From Octopus sinensis (taxonomy: Eukaryota): 64,000 nt of DNA. The stretch is from the NCBI RefSeq assembly GCF_006345805.1, contig NC_043005.1, positions 52,142,001 to 52,206,000 on the forward strand, read 5' to 3'. Positions 40,855 through 54,579 of the stretch are shown here, one piece after another. Position 1 is the stretch's first letter, and each line of letters starts with the position of its first letter. The notes below the pieces were generated by a model, which had not been told where the DNA came from, did no database searches, and saw only the letters and a list, made by a program, of their open reading frames with translations. A program made the translations under genes and the position numbers.

Positions 40855-41308
40855 ATGAAGAGTTTTAGTCGAATAAATCGACCTCAGGACTTTGTTTTTA
40901 AGCGTAGTACTTATTCTATCGGACTATTTAGCTGAACCCCTATATTATGGGGACGCAAACATCAACACCAGTTGACAAGCGGTGGTGGGGGACAACCACA
41001 GGCATAAAGACACACGTATACACAAACACATGCATACACACATGCATACACATATACAAACACACACACACGCACGCACACACACGCACACACACGCACA
41101 CACACACACATACACACATATATATATCATATATATATGTATATACACGACGGACTTCTCTCAGTTTCCGTCTAGCAAATCCACTCACAAGTTTTGGTCA
41201 GCCGAAAGCTACAGCAGATGACACTTGCCTAAGATGTCACGCAGAGGGACTGAACCAGGAACCATATATTTAGGAAGCAAGCTTCTTACCATACACTTAT
41301 GCCTGCCA
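40855..41308 (-). mobile_element. SINE family B
   Basis: rc copy with internal (CA)n. Confidence 0.8.
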
Positions 41309-41354
41309 CTATTATTAATACAAAATGCTTCTAAACTCTTACCAGATCATAGCC

Positions 41355-42280
41355 GATGAGGTTCTCCTCGAGTCACAGTCAGGAGTTCGGATCCATTGTT
41401 GTACAACCAACATGATTTTACTATACAAGACAACTGGGGGGGGGGGGCAGAGTTCATCATGCTTCCGTGTATTCTAGAAACCGGAAAATGCTTTTGACAA
41501 TGCAACAGAAGAATGCCTGTGGTTGCATGCACCACCTCATCTCATTGATTTAATCGCTTGTTAGATTACATATTTTTAAAGTTAAAAACAATTTTGTAAA
41601 CACTTTCCGAATACATGCTGATTGAAGCAGGGTTGCGTTCTTGTACCTAAACGTTTCTTATGGTTGTCTGCAATGTATTTCCAAAATTCATCCAGGTAAT
41701 GTAAGTGTTGATATGAGATACTGTTTTGAATGGTGAACTATTTAACATGACCAAATTTTGATCTCTTCCTATATATCTAAAAGCTTGAATAGGCAGATGA
41801 CAAGTCTATTCTCTTGTCATACACATCGGTAACTCCAGTAATTAGTTAGCAACTTCACCAGTGCATATAACTATTTTAGTCTCACAATGAATATCAAAAA
41901 GATTGCAGTCCTAACTCAAACTGCTCCGAAGACAGACCTCCTTGATTTTAACATCACTATCTTTGATGCGGCTCTGGAACAAGTTAGACAATTTCCTTAT
42001 CTTGGAATTATTATTCTTAACAAATGTACTTCGGAAAAGTTTATGGCACAGAAAACTGGATCTGCTTATTCAGCACTTAATAGAACAGACTTAACTGACT
42101 TTTAAGAACAAATGTTTTCCCCAAAATACGAAATTTCGGTCTATGCAGGTGATATCAGCTCAGAGTTATTCTACAATTGTGAAACTCAGACACATCATCG
42201 TTGTGACATCAAAAAACTAGAGCATTTCCATCAACACAACTGGCTTTGATATTCAACATGGCTGCAAATGTTAAAAAAAA
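41355..42280 (+). mobile_element. RTE-clade LINE reverse-transcriptase relic
   Basis: EVLLESQSGVR..; AFDN; LKQGCVLVP; GELFN; LTMNIKK..LEQVRQFPYLG..LFYNCET..IKKLEHFHQ across frameshifts. Confidence 0.78.
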
Positions 42281-42296
42281 AACACGAACGTGGGAG

Positions 42297-42346
42297 ACTG
42301 AATCAGACATTTGTTTCGGGTGATGTGACCCCATCATCAGTGAAAC
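42297..42346 (-). ncRNA. Solo minimal type I hammerhead motif
   Basis: TCA-CTGATGA-tg-GGGT-cacatc-ACCC-GAAA-C-aaat-G-TC-TGA; GUC site; stem I only 3 bp. Confidence 0.55.
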
Positions 42347-42842
42347 TGACGTTTCTCGAAGTAGAAAGAAAAAAGAAGTTTGAAGAAAAACGCAAAAAAT
42401 GTAAAACAACCATACCCTCTACTATCTCTTCCTTGTTTTACAACCATCACACGAATTGCGTTCGTGAGATGGTTGTGATCTGCAAACAGTTTTAAGTAGG
42501 AACCGGAAAAAATAAACACAATGCGCATGTGCACACTAAATTCGTTAAACGATAGGGAAGAATAAAAAAAGTAATGCGCATGTCAAAATAAAACGGAAGA
42601 GAAGAATAAAACAAATTACATGGTGGTCTGCAATGCCACGTCTAAAACCACTGTCACGTAGCATTGATACGATTTTCTTGTTATCTTTGTTAAGGTTGGC
42701 CTTGCGCGTAGCGGATCCACGAAGTTCGGCAGAAATCAAAATTCTTGGATCTAAGATTTTGTGAGAGGGGACTAGACATATATGTTATATTTGTGTGCAT
42801 GTATTGTTGTCTTGCTTGTTATTGTTACTATTAATAATATCA

Positions 42843-43775
42843 AGGCGGCGAGATGGCAGAATCGTTAAGCACACCAGGTAAAATCCTTAGCGGTATTTCG
42901 TCCCTCTTTACGGTCTGAGTTTAAATTCCGTCGAGACGGACTTTGCCTTTCATCCTTTTAGGGTCGAGAAAATAAGCACCATTTGAATACTGGAGTCGAT
43001 GTAATCGACTAGTCCCCTCCCACAAACTCTTAGGATTATTAATATTAAGGTGGCGAGCTGGCTGAATGGTTAGCACGCGGGGTGAAAGGCTTAGCGGCAT
43101 TTCGTCTATCTTCATTATCTGAGTTCAAATTCCGCCGAGGTCGACTTTGTCTTTCATCCTTTCGGAGTCGATAAAATAAGTAACAGTTGAGCACTGAGAT
43201 CGATGTAATCGACTTGCCCCCTCCCTCGAGGTTTCTGGCCTTGTGCCAAAATTTGAAACAAAGGCGGCAAGCTGCCAGGAACGTTACCATGTCGGGCGAA
43301 AGGCTTAGCGGCATTTCGTTCATCTTTACGTTCTGTGTTCAAATTCCGCCGAGGTTGAGTTTTCATCCTTACTGGGTCGAAAAATTAAGTACCAGTGAAA
43401 CACTGGGTCGATGTAATCGACTATCCCCATCCCATCAAATTTCAGGCCTTGTTCTTACAGTAGAAAGTATTATTATTATTGTTGTTGTTGTTGTTGTTGT
43501 TGCTGCTATTATTATTATTATTATTATCATTAATATTATTATTATTATTATTATTATTATTATCATCATTATTGTTATTATTTAAGGCGGCCAGCTGGCA
43601 GAATTGTTAGCATGCTGGAGGAAACGCTTAGCAGTATTTCGTCTACCGCTACGTTCTGAGTTCAAATTCCGCCGATGTCGACTTTGCCTTTCATCCTTTC
43701 GGGGTCGATAAATCAAGTACGAGTTGAGTGAGTACTGGGGCGATGTAATCGACTGACCCCTCTCACAAATTTCAG
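42843..43775 (+). mobile_element. Four SINE family A copies in series
   Basis: Heads near 42843, 43048, 43262, 43585. Confidence 0.85.
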
Positions 43776-43951
43776 ATTATTATTATTATTATATGCGCCT
43801 CTACAGTCACCACCTTGTCGCCTTTACGAACGCACAGAAGCGGAAAACTCTGAGTAGCAATGGAGTGAATTACGCTTTTGGAAGTAATAAATAAATAATA
43901 AGCATCGCGTGTATTGAGTATAGCTTATCTTGTTTGAACGGACGAACATTG

Positions 43952-44005
<54 letters not shown>

Positions 44006-44448
44006 TCACAGACACACACACACACACACAAACCACCGCCATTCACATGCGTATTCTGTGAAACAGATTGAGAAAGGGAGAGTACAAGAGAGAGAGAGGA
44101 GTGACAGAAAGATAAAGAGATTAGGTGCATTATTAGAGAGATACTAAGCGAAAGATTACTGACAGAATGAATGAAAGAAGGTCGGCGATGGAGTGGGTGA
44201 AGTAAACAGACGGTATAGATAAGTGACATGTATTTGTAAAAGTTTGGCGACCCGTGCATTTTCTTTGTCTAGTCTTGGGAAACTTACCAACAGTAGACAG
44301 AGCAAAACTTCCTGTAAGTTCATCTTTATTGCCGTATTGATCTTACAAATTTCGCTCAAAATCTTCGCTGGCTACGAATATATATGTCTGCCATCTTATG
44401 ACAAGCATTGTAATATATAATTCCTCATTCTTGGGATATGTGTGCGGG

Positions 44449-44488
<40 letters not shown>

Positions 44489-44631
44489 ACGCACGCACAC
44501 ACACATACACACATACATATATATATACACTTATATATACACTGTTAAACATATATATGTATGACCATATGTTCATACGTAAATGTATGCATAGATGTAT
44601 GTATATAAGAAGTACTCATGTAATATATGTG

Positions 44632-44679
<48 letters not shown>

Positions 44680-44718
44680 ATATACATGCATACATACATG
44701 CATGTACATTTCTATCTT

Positions 44719-44756
<38 letters not shown>

Positions 44757-44897
44757 GCTATCACACATATATGTGTGTGTTTGTGTGTGTGTAGCTGTAT
44801 ATGTATGCGGGTGTATTACACATTCTTTCCACATACAATACAACACACTTAAATTCACAAACTCTCATAAGCACACACAGACACACACAGACACACA

Positions 44898-44938
<41 letters not shown>

Positions 44939-45174
44939 AAACATATTCAGCACTTTGTACTTGTGTATAGATATGGAAGATTTTCCACCAGGTTCACCAG
45001 AGCAATTAAAATATAAATTCGCTTTTGTTTTGTGTTCCCTCATCTTACAAGTCCTCCAGGCAAAATATTTCTTCGCCAGACAAACACGTTCATTTTTCTC
45101 CCATACGCTAACAATGACCCTTGACAACAATTGCTCGTACCACGTGAACCTAACCACACCAAGACTGCAGAAAT

Positions 45175-45380
45175 AATCGTTTCTAGTACAGGCACAAAGC
45201 TTGGAATTTGGGAGGAAATGGGGATTAATCGATAACATCGATACTACTGTTTCACTGGTACTTATTTGATCGACTTCGGAAGGATGAAAAGCAAAGTCGA
45301 CTTCAGCAAAAGACCTGAGCTGAGAACGAGTACACACGGACAAAATGCTTCTCGGCATTTTGTCCGACGTGCTAACAATT
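45175..45380 (-). mobile_element. SINE family A, diverged
   Basis: rc central domain. Confidence 0.7.
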
Positions 45381-45590
45381 TAGGGAGTTCTCTACCCTCC
45401 AGATAGGAAATATAAAAATATGAAAAATATAAAAAAAACTAGAATTGATTCTAGATTAAAATAAAAAAAAATCGGAACAGTGAATCTCGAATTCATTAAG
45501 ACTACAAAGAAAAGCGTGTAATTATTTCTATTTCTAAGTTTCTGTGCTTGGAGATTCGCAGTTCCAAAATGGAATTATTTCGCACATTGT

Positions 45591-45803
45591 CCTCGATTTA
45601 CGACCGAGTTCCGTTCCAACTGGCTGGTCGTATGTCGATCTGGTTGTATGTCGGATTTATGTTTTTGAACACTATTTTCATTCAAACGGGTTATAAAAAT
45701 ATGACACAAATATTTAATCCATAATTATTGTACATAATGTGATAAATACATATATACTCTATTTTTTTTTGTGGTCGTAAGTCGCATAGGTCGTAAGTTG
45801 AGG
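45591..45803. mobile_element. pogo/Tigger-like MITE relic
   Basis: Inverted termini cctcgatttacgacc (45591-45605) / ggtcgtaagttgagg (45789-45803), 13/15 match; internal gtcgta repeats. Confidence 0.55.
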
Positions 45804-46634
45804 TGAAGATCTACATTCTGCCGAAGACTATAATTTTCCATAAGACATTTCGTTCAAAAGTTAAAAAGTATAGTTTTCTAGCAAATATAAAATATCACAA
45901 GCAATTAGGGTGGGCTGGCAAGTTGTTTGGGTTCGATATTATTGGCCACATCTAATACTACAAAAAAAAAAAACCAACAAAAAGTGAAAATTAATAACAG
46001 CGATATTTGAACTCAGTTCGTAACGTATTGTCAATAATTGCCACAAGGTTTTGTGTGAGTCTTTACTGATTTTTCTGTTCCAGTGCATTTTAACACTATG
46101 AAATTATTTAAAAATCAAATTAAAAATAATCCGTTTTAAAACACAAGATCTGTTTTCTTCAGAAACCATAAAATATTTGAGTGTTGTATTCCAACTATAT
46201 AAAGTAAAAAAAAACTGGTATTTTTGTATTAAGAGGCAAAACTGACGGAGGCATGTATACCAACGACTGAACCTTCATACAGTCACTTGTCACGTCAGAA
46301 ATAGCAGCCACATCGCCTGTAAATGAATTGGTTTGCTCATTATCTATCTATCTGTCTATCTCGTAAGATCGCCGTTTCGATCCTCAGAATCGGCAGTGCT
46401 CTGTGTCCTTTTGATATTTACTTTTTAAAAAAACCACTTCATTTCACGCTGCTCTAGATCACTTATGTGTAAATGGGTGAACTTACGACGGATCGGCGTT
46501 CCATTCAAGAGAAATATTGATCTGCCTGCCTGCCTGGCAAGTGGGATAGCATCATTCAAAAAGTACAACAATGCGATGAATATTATTGTGAGTATCATTG
46601 TCTAATAGTATCTGATAGTCTGGTCGATACGTAT

Positions 46635-46723
<89 letters not shown>

Positions 46724-49700
46724 ATGTGTGTGTCTGTGTCTGTGTCTGTGTGAGTGTGTGCTCGGCTGTTATCACGCTGCTGGACAGCTGTCACTGAGGA
46801 ACCCAAAACAGAGTGAAATCTCGTGAACCGGCAGTTCCGACGGCTGTAGTAGACGTTTATCGTATGTCAACGATATAATTGTGTGCTTTTATGTATCATG
46901 TGTCCTTATGAAATATCCTTTCAGGGTAAGTAACGCAAAATTATGTACTCTAACACAACCTCCACGTAAACTTTAAGATCAAGATTACCACACACAAACA
47001 CACACACACACACACACATACATATATATATACACACACTTATTTTACTTGAAACTTTAAGAAAGTTATATGATGCCATCTCCTATTCAGAGCATGTACG
47101 TCCACAGGTCACAATTTGCCGAATTAGTTCACTACTCTAACACAGTTCGATAAGGTGGAATTTCGTATCTTGCTAAAATATTGTCATGTGTGCATCATGT
47201 TGTGCGGAATAAAGTTAGTCTGCGGTATAAACTGAATCACGACTGAAACATTTCGCTTGGAAGTGAAATAAACAACACGGCCACAGTTTCCTTGATCGTA
47301 AGTATTTTTAAATGATCTAAATAAAAATGATCAAAAATAAAAAAATGTTCTAAATAAAATTGAATTAAATTAAAATCATTGCCAGGCCTACGAACGTTAA
47401 AAGTGGGAGAACGTTAATTAACATTTTGTTTTAAGTGCCTTTGAACGAATGAAAGACAAATTAATAGTTGGCGTAGTTTTAACCAATCGCAAAACGCAAA
47501 GCAAATATGGAAGGAGCCAAACGGATAATTACGATAGAGTGACGACTTACTGCAGCTTTTAAACATAATACCTTTTAACAACACTGCTCTGGCTTACATG
47601 ACTTAGATTCAAAGTAAACAAACTAAACACCTTTTAAAGAAAAACAGCTATCGGCAAATTTTTGTCTCGTTTGGCTTCTTACCGCCTGTTTGATTATCAG
47701 CTGAAGCCATTTTACATCACTTATTTATTTTGATTGTTACCTGAATAGCCTCATCACCAAAGGCTAAACATCTGGATACAATTGGATCGCATTTTTGGCA
47801 ATAGCATTTGTTTCATTGTTACTTTGAACCTCAATTCCTTCCACATCTTAATTTGACTGTAGTCAGACCCCATGGACTAAAATGAAACTGTAATTTCATT
47901 CTACCGGTAAGTGTAATAGAAAGAACTAATGATGTTTGCTGTGGGAAAACTCCCAGCAATCTGAGCCTGCAATGAAGATTTGCCCGTCGGTTAAATCATT
48001 CATTTAACGAATTTTAATTGACTTTTCTTGACAATGGCCATTCACTGGACATTCGAATTTTACAGTATTAATACTATTTGTATTCTTGTAATTTTATCTC
48101 TTATCCTTTATTTATTTCAGTAATAGGACCGCGGCCATGCTGGGACACCGTCTTGAAAACTTGAAAAGATGAGTCGAACAAATCGACACTTTTTTAAGTC
48201 TGCTACTCACTTATTTCGTCGTCTTGCCGAATCGTTAATTTGAAATAAAATAAATAACAAGAAAACAAAGAAGCTATAAGCCAATGCACAATTACTCAGC
48301 GAATGAACTTGAAAACATATTTGTTGGGAATCAAATTTCTTACAGCATAGCCACAAAATTTTCGAATTTATGTTTTAATTAATAAGAAATTATATTGTGT
48401 TAGCCGTAAATAGCTTTTTTTAATGGAAGTAGTGTTGAAAGTTTTACTCAACTCATGATTTGGCGACGTGAGTAATTTTAAAAGATTCTAATCTTGGAAC
48501 TAACATTGACTGATTACAGTAGACTTGACCACAAGATCTTTGCTTTGCCCGGTTGTTTGTGCTTATAATATGCAATGAATTAGTGCGAGGCAGAACAGTG
48601 AGAGGTAGAGTTAGGGAGAGGCAGAATAGTAGAAAGAAAGGAGAAACTTATCAGTCTAGAAGCCTGGATTGAATAATTATAACAGACTAGACTCTGTGGA
48701 AAATACCAAAGCGCTAGATGAGGTGGCTTCACCGATTAACGCATTAAATCTACAACCACTAAACACCACATTTCTTTATAAATTCCGTATACCAAACATC
48801 ACTCAAGGAAATTTGCCCCACTCGAAGGTAGGAAATATTTGCTCAATGGGCTGTGCTACGAACATAAGGTCCTTTTTTACGTTTAAGGGAGCAACAGTAA
48901 AACTGTTTTATGTTCCTTATTTTCCTATAATCCAGTCTGTGATTCTTAAAGAACCACGTTGATGAGAAGCTAAATTCATAGCAACATGGCCTGCAAACTT
49001 ACAACATACACCTGGAACCTCTCGAATGTGGATGTAAAAAAATTTCAGACTGAATTTGAAATTATTTAGTTATAATCCGTTGCATTTCGACTTCAAGTCA
49101 TTTTATGCTTGTGTTTGCCTTCCCTCCACTATGATTCAATAATAAATAATTACGAACTGCTGCTGTTGTTATTGTTGTTTAATACCAGGACCACTCTGTA
49201 CAAAACTTAGGTGAAGAGTATGCTGGCCGCAGCCAATATGACTTCCTTTAAGGGTGTGTAAGGATTACAAAAAAATCACTAGGTTGTGATTAGAGAGAGT
49301 TTTTGCACTTATTTATAGCAGGTCAACTGTCTACAAAAAAGCTTCCTCGTTGGTTCAATTTAGTGCTCGTAATACATTAGTAATATTCTATTTAACGAGA
49401 CTGAACATCGCACCTAAAACGGTTTGGTCTTCTGTTAGAAACAACATCTTTGAGTGGAATAAAATTTTCCAAGTTTATTTTGTCTTGACATCCAACATAG
49501 AAGCAAAGGCTTAGGCGATGACACAACAATCCATTAAGGGTTACAAGTCCAACGATCCATTAACGTTTTCTGGCACCAGTGTAATTAAGGGTTATCTCAC
49601 TAAATGACCCTTTAAGAATCACTGACCGGATTACAGGAAAAGAATGGACATCAAAAAGTATTATTGTTGCTCCCTTAAATGTAAAAAGGACCTCGTGTCC

Positions 49701-50109
49701 AACCGAATACAAAACAAAAACGAAAAATAGACTTAAGCCAAACAACAACAACGGCAATAACAAAAACCGTAAGAAAAGCCGAGGAAAGCTAATGTGGAAG
49801 TGTTGTGTGAATAGATTTCTTTAATCACTGTATTTAATTCATTGTAAACAAGGTGAATATAACGTCTTCACGCGATGTCAGCTCAGAACTGTTAGAATTT
49901 CTGAAACGATTAATGTGTTTGTCGATGTCGGAGTTGACTTGCTTGGCTTTCAGCCAAAACTAGCCTGGACACAACTTAAAAGTGTGTGTTAACTTACGAG
50001 GAAGAGATAGTCGTCTATTGGAAACGAAGAAATTAGCTTCAACGACGACGACGTAGCTATGGTTGCACGTTATGCGCTGCAGAGCAGCAGCAGCAGCAGC
50101 AGCAGTAGC

Positions 50110-50148
<39 letters not shown>

Positions 50149-50857
50149 TGTTGTTGTTGTTGTTGTCGTATTTTTATTATTATTATTAGTAACGGATGGT
50201 AGTGGTGGTGTTGGTGGTGAATGTTTCTAGGAGCAGTCTTTTAATCAATGTTCGTAAAGTGGCTGTTTTAATTAAATCCTCTAACGCACGATTGTTAGCA
50301 TCAGCGGAGTTGTAGCAGACCGTTATTCAACGTCGGAAGCGTAAAATCTTTTATGGTAGAGCGCTATAACCGTGTTTCTAAATAGTCTTTCAATTGATCA
50401 TCTTTTGATTTGCTCACAAATGCCAGTCGATATGCTTTCAAATTCGAATAAAATTTTATGTACTTCCACATCGTTTGCTTTGACTATTTCAACTTCAGTA
50501 GATATCTTGTATATATAATAATATATTCAGTTGAATTTCCAACGAATAATCTAACTAGTTACATAGATTCGCTACATTCTAATGAATTGCTTTGCTTTGG
50601 TTTGCTTGCTCAGTGGCTTACAAACAATAGTAAATTTAATCACTAAATAAGAATTTTCTTTAGATTCCGCTTCCTTATTAAGCGAAACTTGAAAGATTCT
50701 GAGTTCGTTCGGTAAAAGTGCATGATACTTATCTTATAAATAACTACAAACATTTAACTAGGATCTTGCTTATTACCGTGAAGAATTTAGAACAATGTCA
50801 AATGGTTACCAGCCATGTCATATGGTTACAAGCCAGGAATATATAATGACGCATGTA

Positions 50858-51300
50858 AAGGCGGTGAGCTGGCAGAATCGTTAGCACGCCGGGCGAAATG
50901 CTTAGAAGTATTTCGTCTGCCGCTACGTTCTGAGTTCAAATTCCGCCGAGGTCGACTTTGCCTTTCATCCTTTCGGGGCCGATAAATTAAGTACCAGTTA
51001 CGCACTGAGGTCGATATAATCGACTTAATCCCTTTGTCTGTCCTGGTTTGTCCCTTCTATCTTTAGCCCCTTGTGGGCAATAAAGAAATAAAAACCGTTA
51101 GCGCACCGGGAAAAATCTGTAGCAGCATTTCGTCCGCCTTTATATTCTGAGTTCAAATTCAGTCGAGATTGGCCTTGCCTTTCATTTTTTTGGGGTCGAT
51201 GAAATAAGTACCAGTTGAATATTGGGACCGATGTAATAGATTTAACCTATCCCTTAAGGTTGCTGGTCTTTTGACAAAATTTGAAATCAATTTATTATGA
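50858..51300 (+). mobile_element. SINE family A (two units)
   Basis: Near-consensus head at 50858. Confidence 0.9.
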
Positions 51301-52682
51301 TACTTGTAGGTACATTACATCGAATTACGGAGAGTATGTAATAGCAACCATAGTTCTTGATTCGATAGATTATTACTATTTTATTTCATCGACTCAGGAA
51401 AGCAAAGGCGACCTCGATGGAAATTTGAAATCATGACACAAGAGAACGCAACTAAACGTAACGAGGCATTTTATTCGACGCTCTAGGGAGTTTTCAAATT
51501 CACTATCCTTTAATACATTTCTTACAAGTTACGAGTCACAAATGTTTCAGTGAGAGAACAGTCTATTATATCAATTCCAGTACCTGGCTGCTTCTTGCTT
51601 TATCACCTTCGTAACAATGAAACAAGTACTTGTTCATGGTGGGATACGAACTCACAATATAAAAGAGATTGATACTCCTATTCATTTTGCTTAACCCTGT
51701 CACGCCGTAATCCTGCTATCGCGAGAATAAGTTAAATGTCATTTTTGCTGGATTCCTGGTAAAGTGGTAAAAGAAGATGCAATCGATTCTGTCCATTAGT
51801 TTGTCTGCAATTGTTACTCTTGAACTGTATAAACAACTATTTATTTATTCATTTATTTATTCTTTGCTCGGGAACCTTGGTGGAGTTTAAAGTTAGACAT
51901 AGAAGTCCAGGTTTGAGAAGGTTGAGTTTCTACCTATTCTGACGTTAAGTCGTGTAGTGGAGTGTAAGACCATATTGCCCTGAAATATTGCCTTGAAATG
52001 CTTGAAATACATATTGCCTTGAAATACTCATTACCATTCCTTAACGTTCAGACTTCAAATCTGGCCGAAGTACATTTTTGCATATTCGTATTTCCTTGAT
52101 CAATGAAACGAATACCAGTCTAATACTAGAACTGGTATCTGCAAACACACCTCTACCAAATCGTGAGCCTTTATCTATATTAGAAACCAAAGTTAACATT
52201 AATCAAGACAATTGACAATAGCAGGAACGGTAAAATGCTGAACATAACGAACTGAGATATTCAATATTCATCGAAAAATACCTTAGGAACGAGAACCCAG
52301 GTTCGAAATTTCCCCAAAGACACTCGAAGAAGGCTGAAGGATATATCGGCCGAAACAAGATGAGGACAAACATCCGTTGAATGTAAATAATGTAAATAAT
52401 GCAATAAAATAAGAGTGTATAATTACGTGGGAAAGACAGCATAAATTACAATATTATGTGGGGATTTTCCTATGCATTATTATACATTTGATATTGCGGC
52501 TGAGTACATACCACGTAGTGAAATCGTTAAGCAAATGAACAGTAATTAAACCTGAAAACATTAAAAATGTTTGCTACAATTCTCAGAAATCTTTTACAGT
52601 TCTTTTTAGTAATTTGTTTTAGAAAATATAAAGAGTGTGTCTGTACGCGCGCGTGTATGTGTGCGTGCGTGCAAGCATGTAT

Positions 52683-52918
52683 ATTTATTTCTTTATTACC
52701 CACAAGGGGCTACACATATTGGGGACAAACAAGGACAGACAAACGGATTAAGTCGATTACATCGACCCCAGTGCGTAACTGCTACTTAATTTATCGACCC
52801 CGAAAGGATGAAAGGCAAAGTTGACCACAGCGGAATTTGAACTCAGAAGGTAGCGGCCAACGAAATACCGCTAAGCATTTCGCCCGGCGTGCTAACGATT
52901 CTGCCAGCTCGCCGCCTT
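52683..52918 (-). mobile_element. SINE family A
   Basis: Near-consensus reverse copy. Confidence 0.9.
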
Positions 52919-52986
52919 CGCAAGCATGTATAGCAAAAAGAGAGACAAAGTGACAGAGAAAGAGAGATACGGAGAGAGAGGGGGAT

Positions 52987-53039
<53 letters not shown>

Positions 53040-53302
53040 CATTGAAAAATTGAGAAAGAAAGAATATATCTGTATGTATGTCATATGTACGCCAATCGAA
53101 TTTCAGAATATCAGAATTTAGATTTCGTTCAATTGTTAATTTGGACGGGTGTAATAACTTCAGCGGACGTATCACGTGACTATCTATACTATCTAAACTC
53201 TGGAATTGGAGACTCCAGTAAAAGTGAAATTTCGTTGCCGCAAAAATTCCAGGTAGGAGATATCAAAATTCAATATGTATGTCATATACATACATACATA
53301 CA

Positions 53303-53334
<32 letters not shown>

Positions 53335-54261
53335 CACACAAATACACACGCATGCATATATACATATTTAGATAGACATGGTGGTGGAACTAGTAGATCA
53401 TGTGTTTTCAGCGTTCCAACGCCCATACTAGAAAATTCCTTTCCACGAACGATATGCCTTTGCTAGTTAAAATTTACTGCTGTATAAGATGCAAATCTCA
53501 AGCTGAATGCTTTAGTAAAACGGTGTTCTAACAATACATTCAAGTTAGATAGGATATAAAGAAAGCAGGGACGTGCCTACCTTGAATAAAATAGATCGAT
53601 AGCAATATTTTCCTTTTGTGGCAAAATATGCACTTAATTCAATAAAATTATGATGGTTACACTGATTACTATGCATAAAATGCAAAATATTTTATTCTTT
53701 TGTATATTATGTAGGCATAATCCGCCCCTGCTTGTCAGTCTCAATATTCAAGCTACGCATAGTACTTCTGTAGTACATGCGCTGCGTACAATCTTACAAC
53801 ACCATTTTCTTTACGTGTTATAAAGGCAGAAATAAATTTGCCTTCAACTCAGTTGCGCGTCTGTGTTTCGCTTATTTTTTTGTGTGTTTTACTACATAAA
53901 GGCCGCCAACTGCCTACCCTGAGTAATTCTTGACGGTACGTGCCTCAAAAAAAGCTAAAGGTATATTTTTGTATATATAAAAGAAGAACAAAAATAGGGT
54001 TTAAAATTTACTACAGCTGTTTCGGTAGCAATTTATATACATACCTGCATTACACTACCAACAGACATTTGTTTGTACCTTACAGTAATCTCAGTGTTAT
54101 CGTACCTAGCCAGTCCCGGCATCCTACATGTTGACGCATCTAAATTCTAATGAAACCTGTCCGACGAACAGGAACATGGAACTCTGAGTAACAGTTTATG
54201 AAGATTTTTTCGGCCCAAATAAAAGTGTGTATACATATGTGTGTGTGTTTGTGTGTGTGTT

Positions 54262-54303
<42 letters not shown>

Positions 54304-54546
54304 TGCTTGAATATATATATATAAAATCATATATATATGTGTGGGTGAACGTGTTTATGTGTGCGTATGCGTTATATTTACAGTTTATCTTCACAACGGA
54401 AAATTTGTATCCAATGCATCTCTAGTAGAGTATAATTATTTCATGTTCTTGACTGATGCCTTTTGCATCGCCACTCAGAGTTTCCACGCATTTACCCTCC
54501 GTCAGACACATTTTCTTCCATATTAAAATGCCGTTACTTCGCGCTT

Positions 54547-54579
<33 letters not shown>

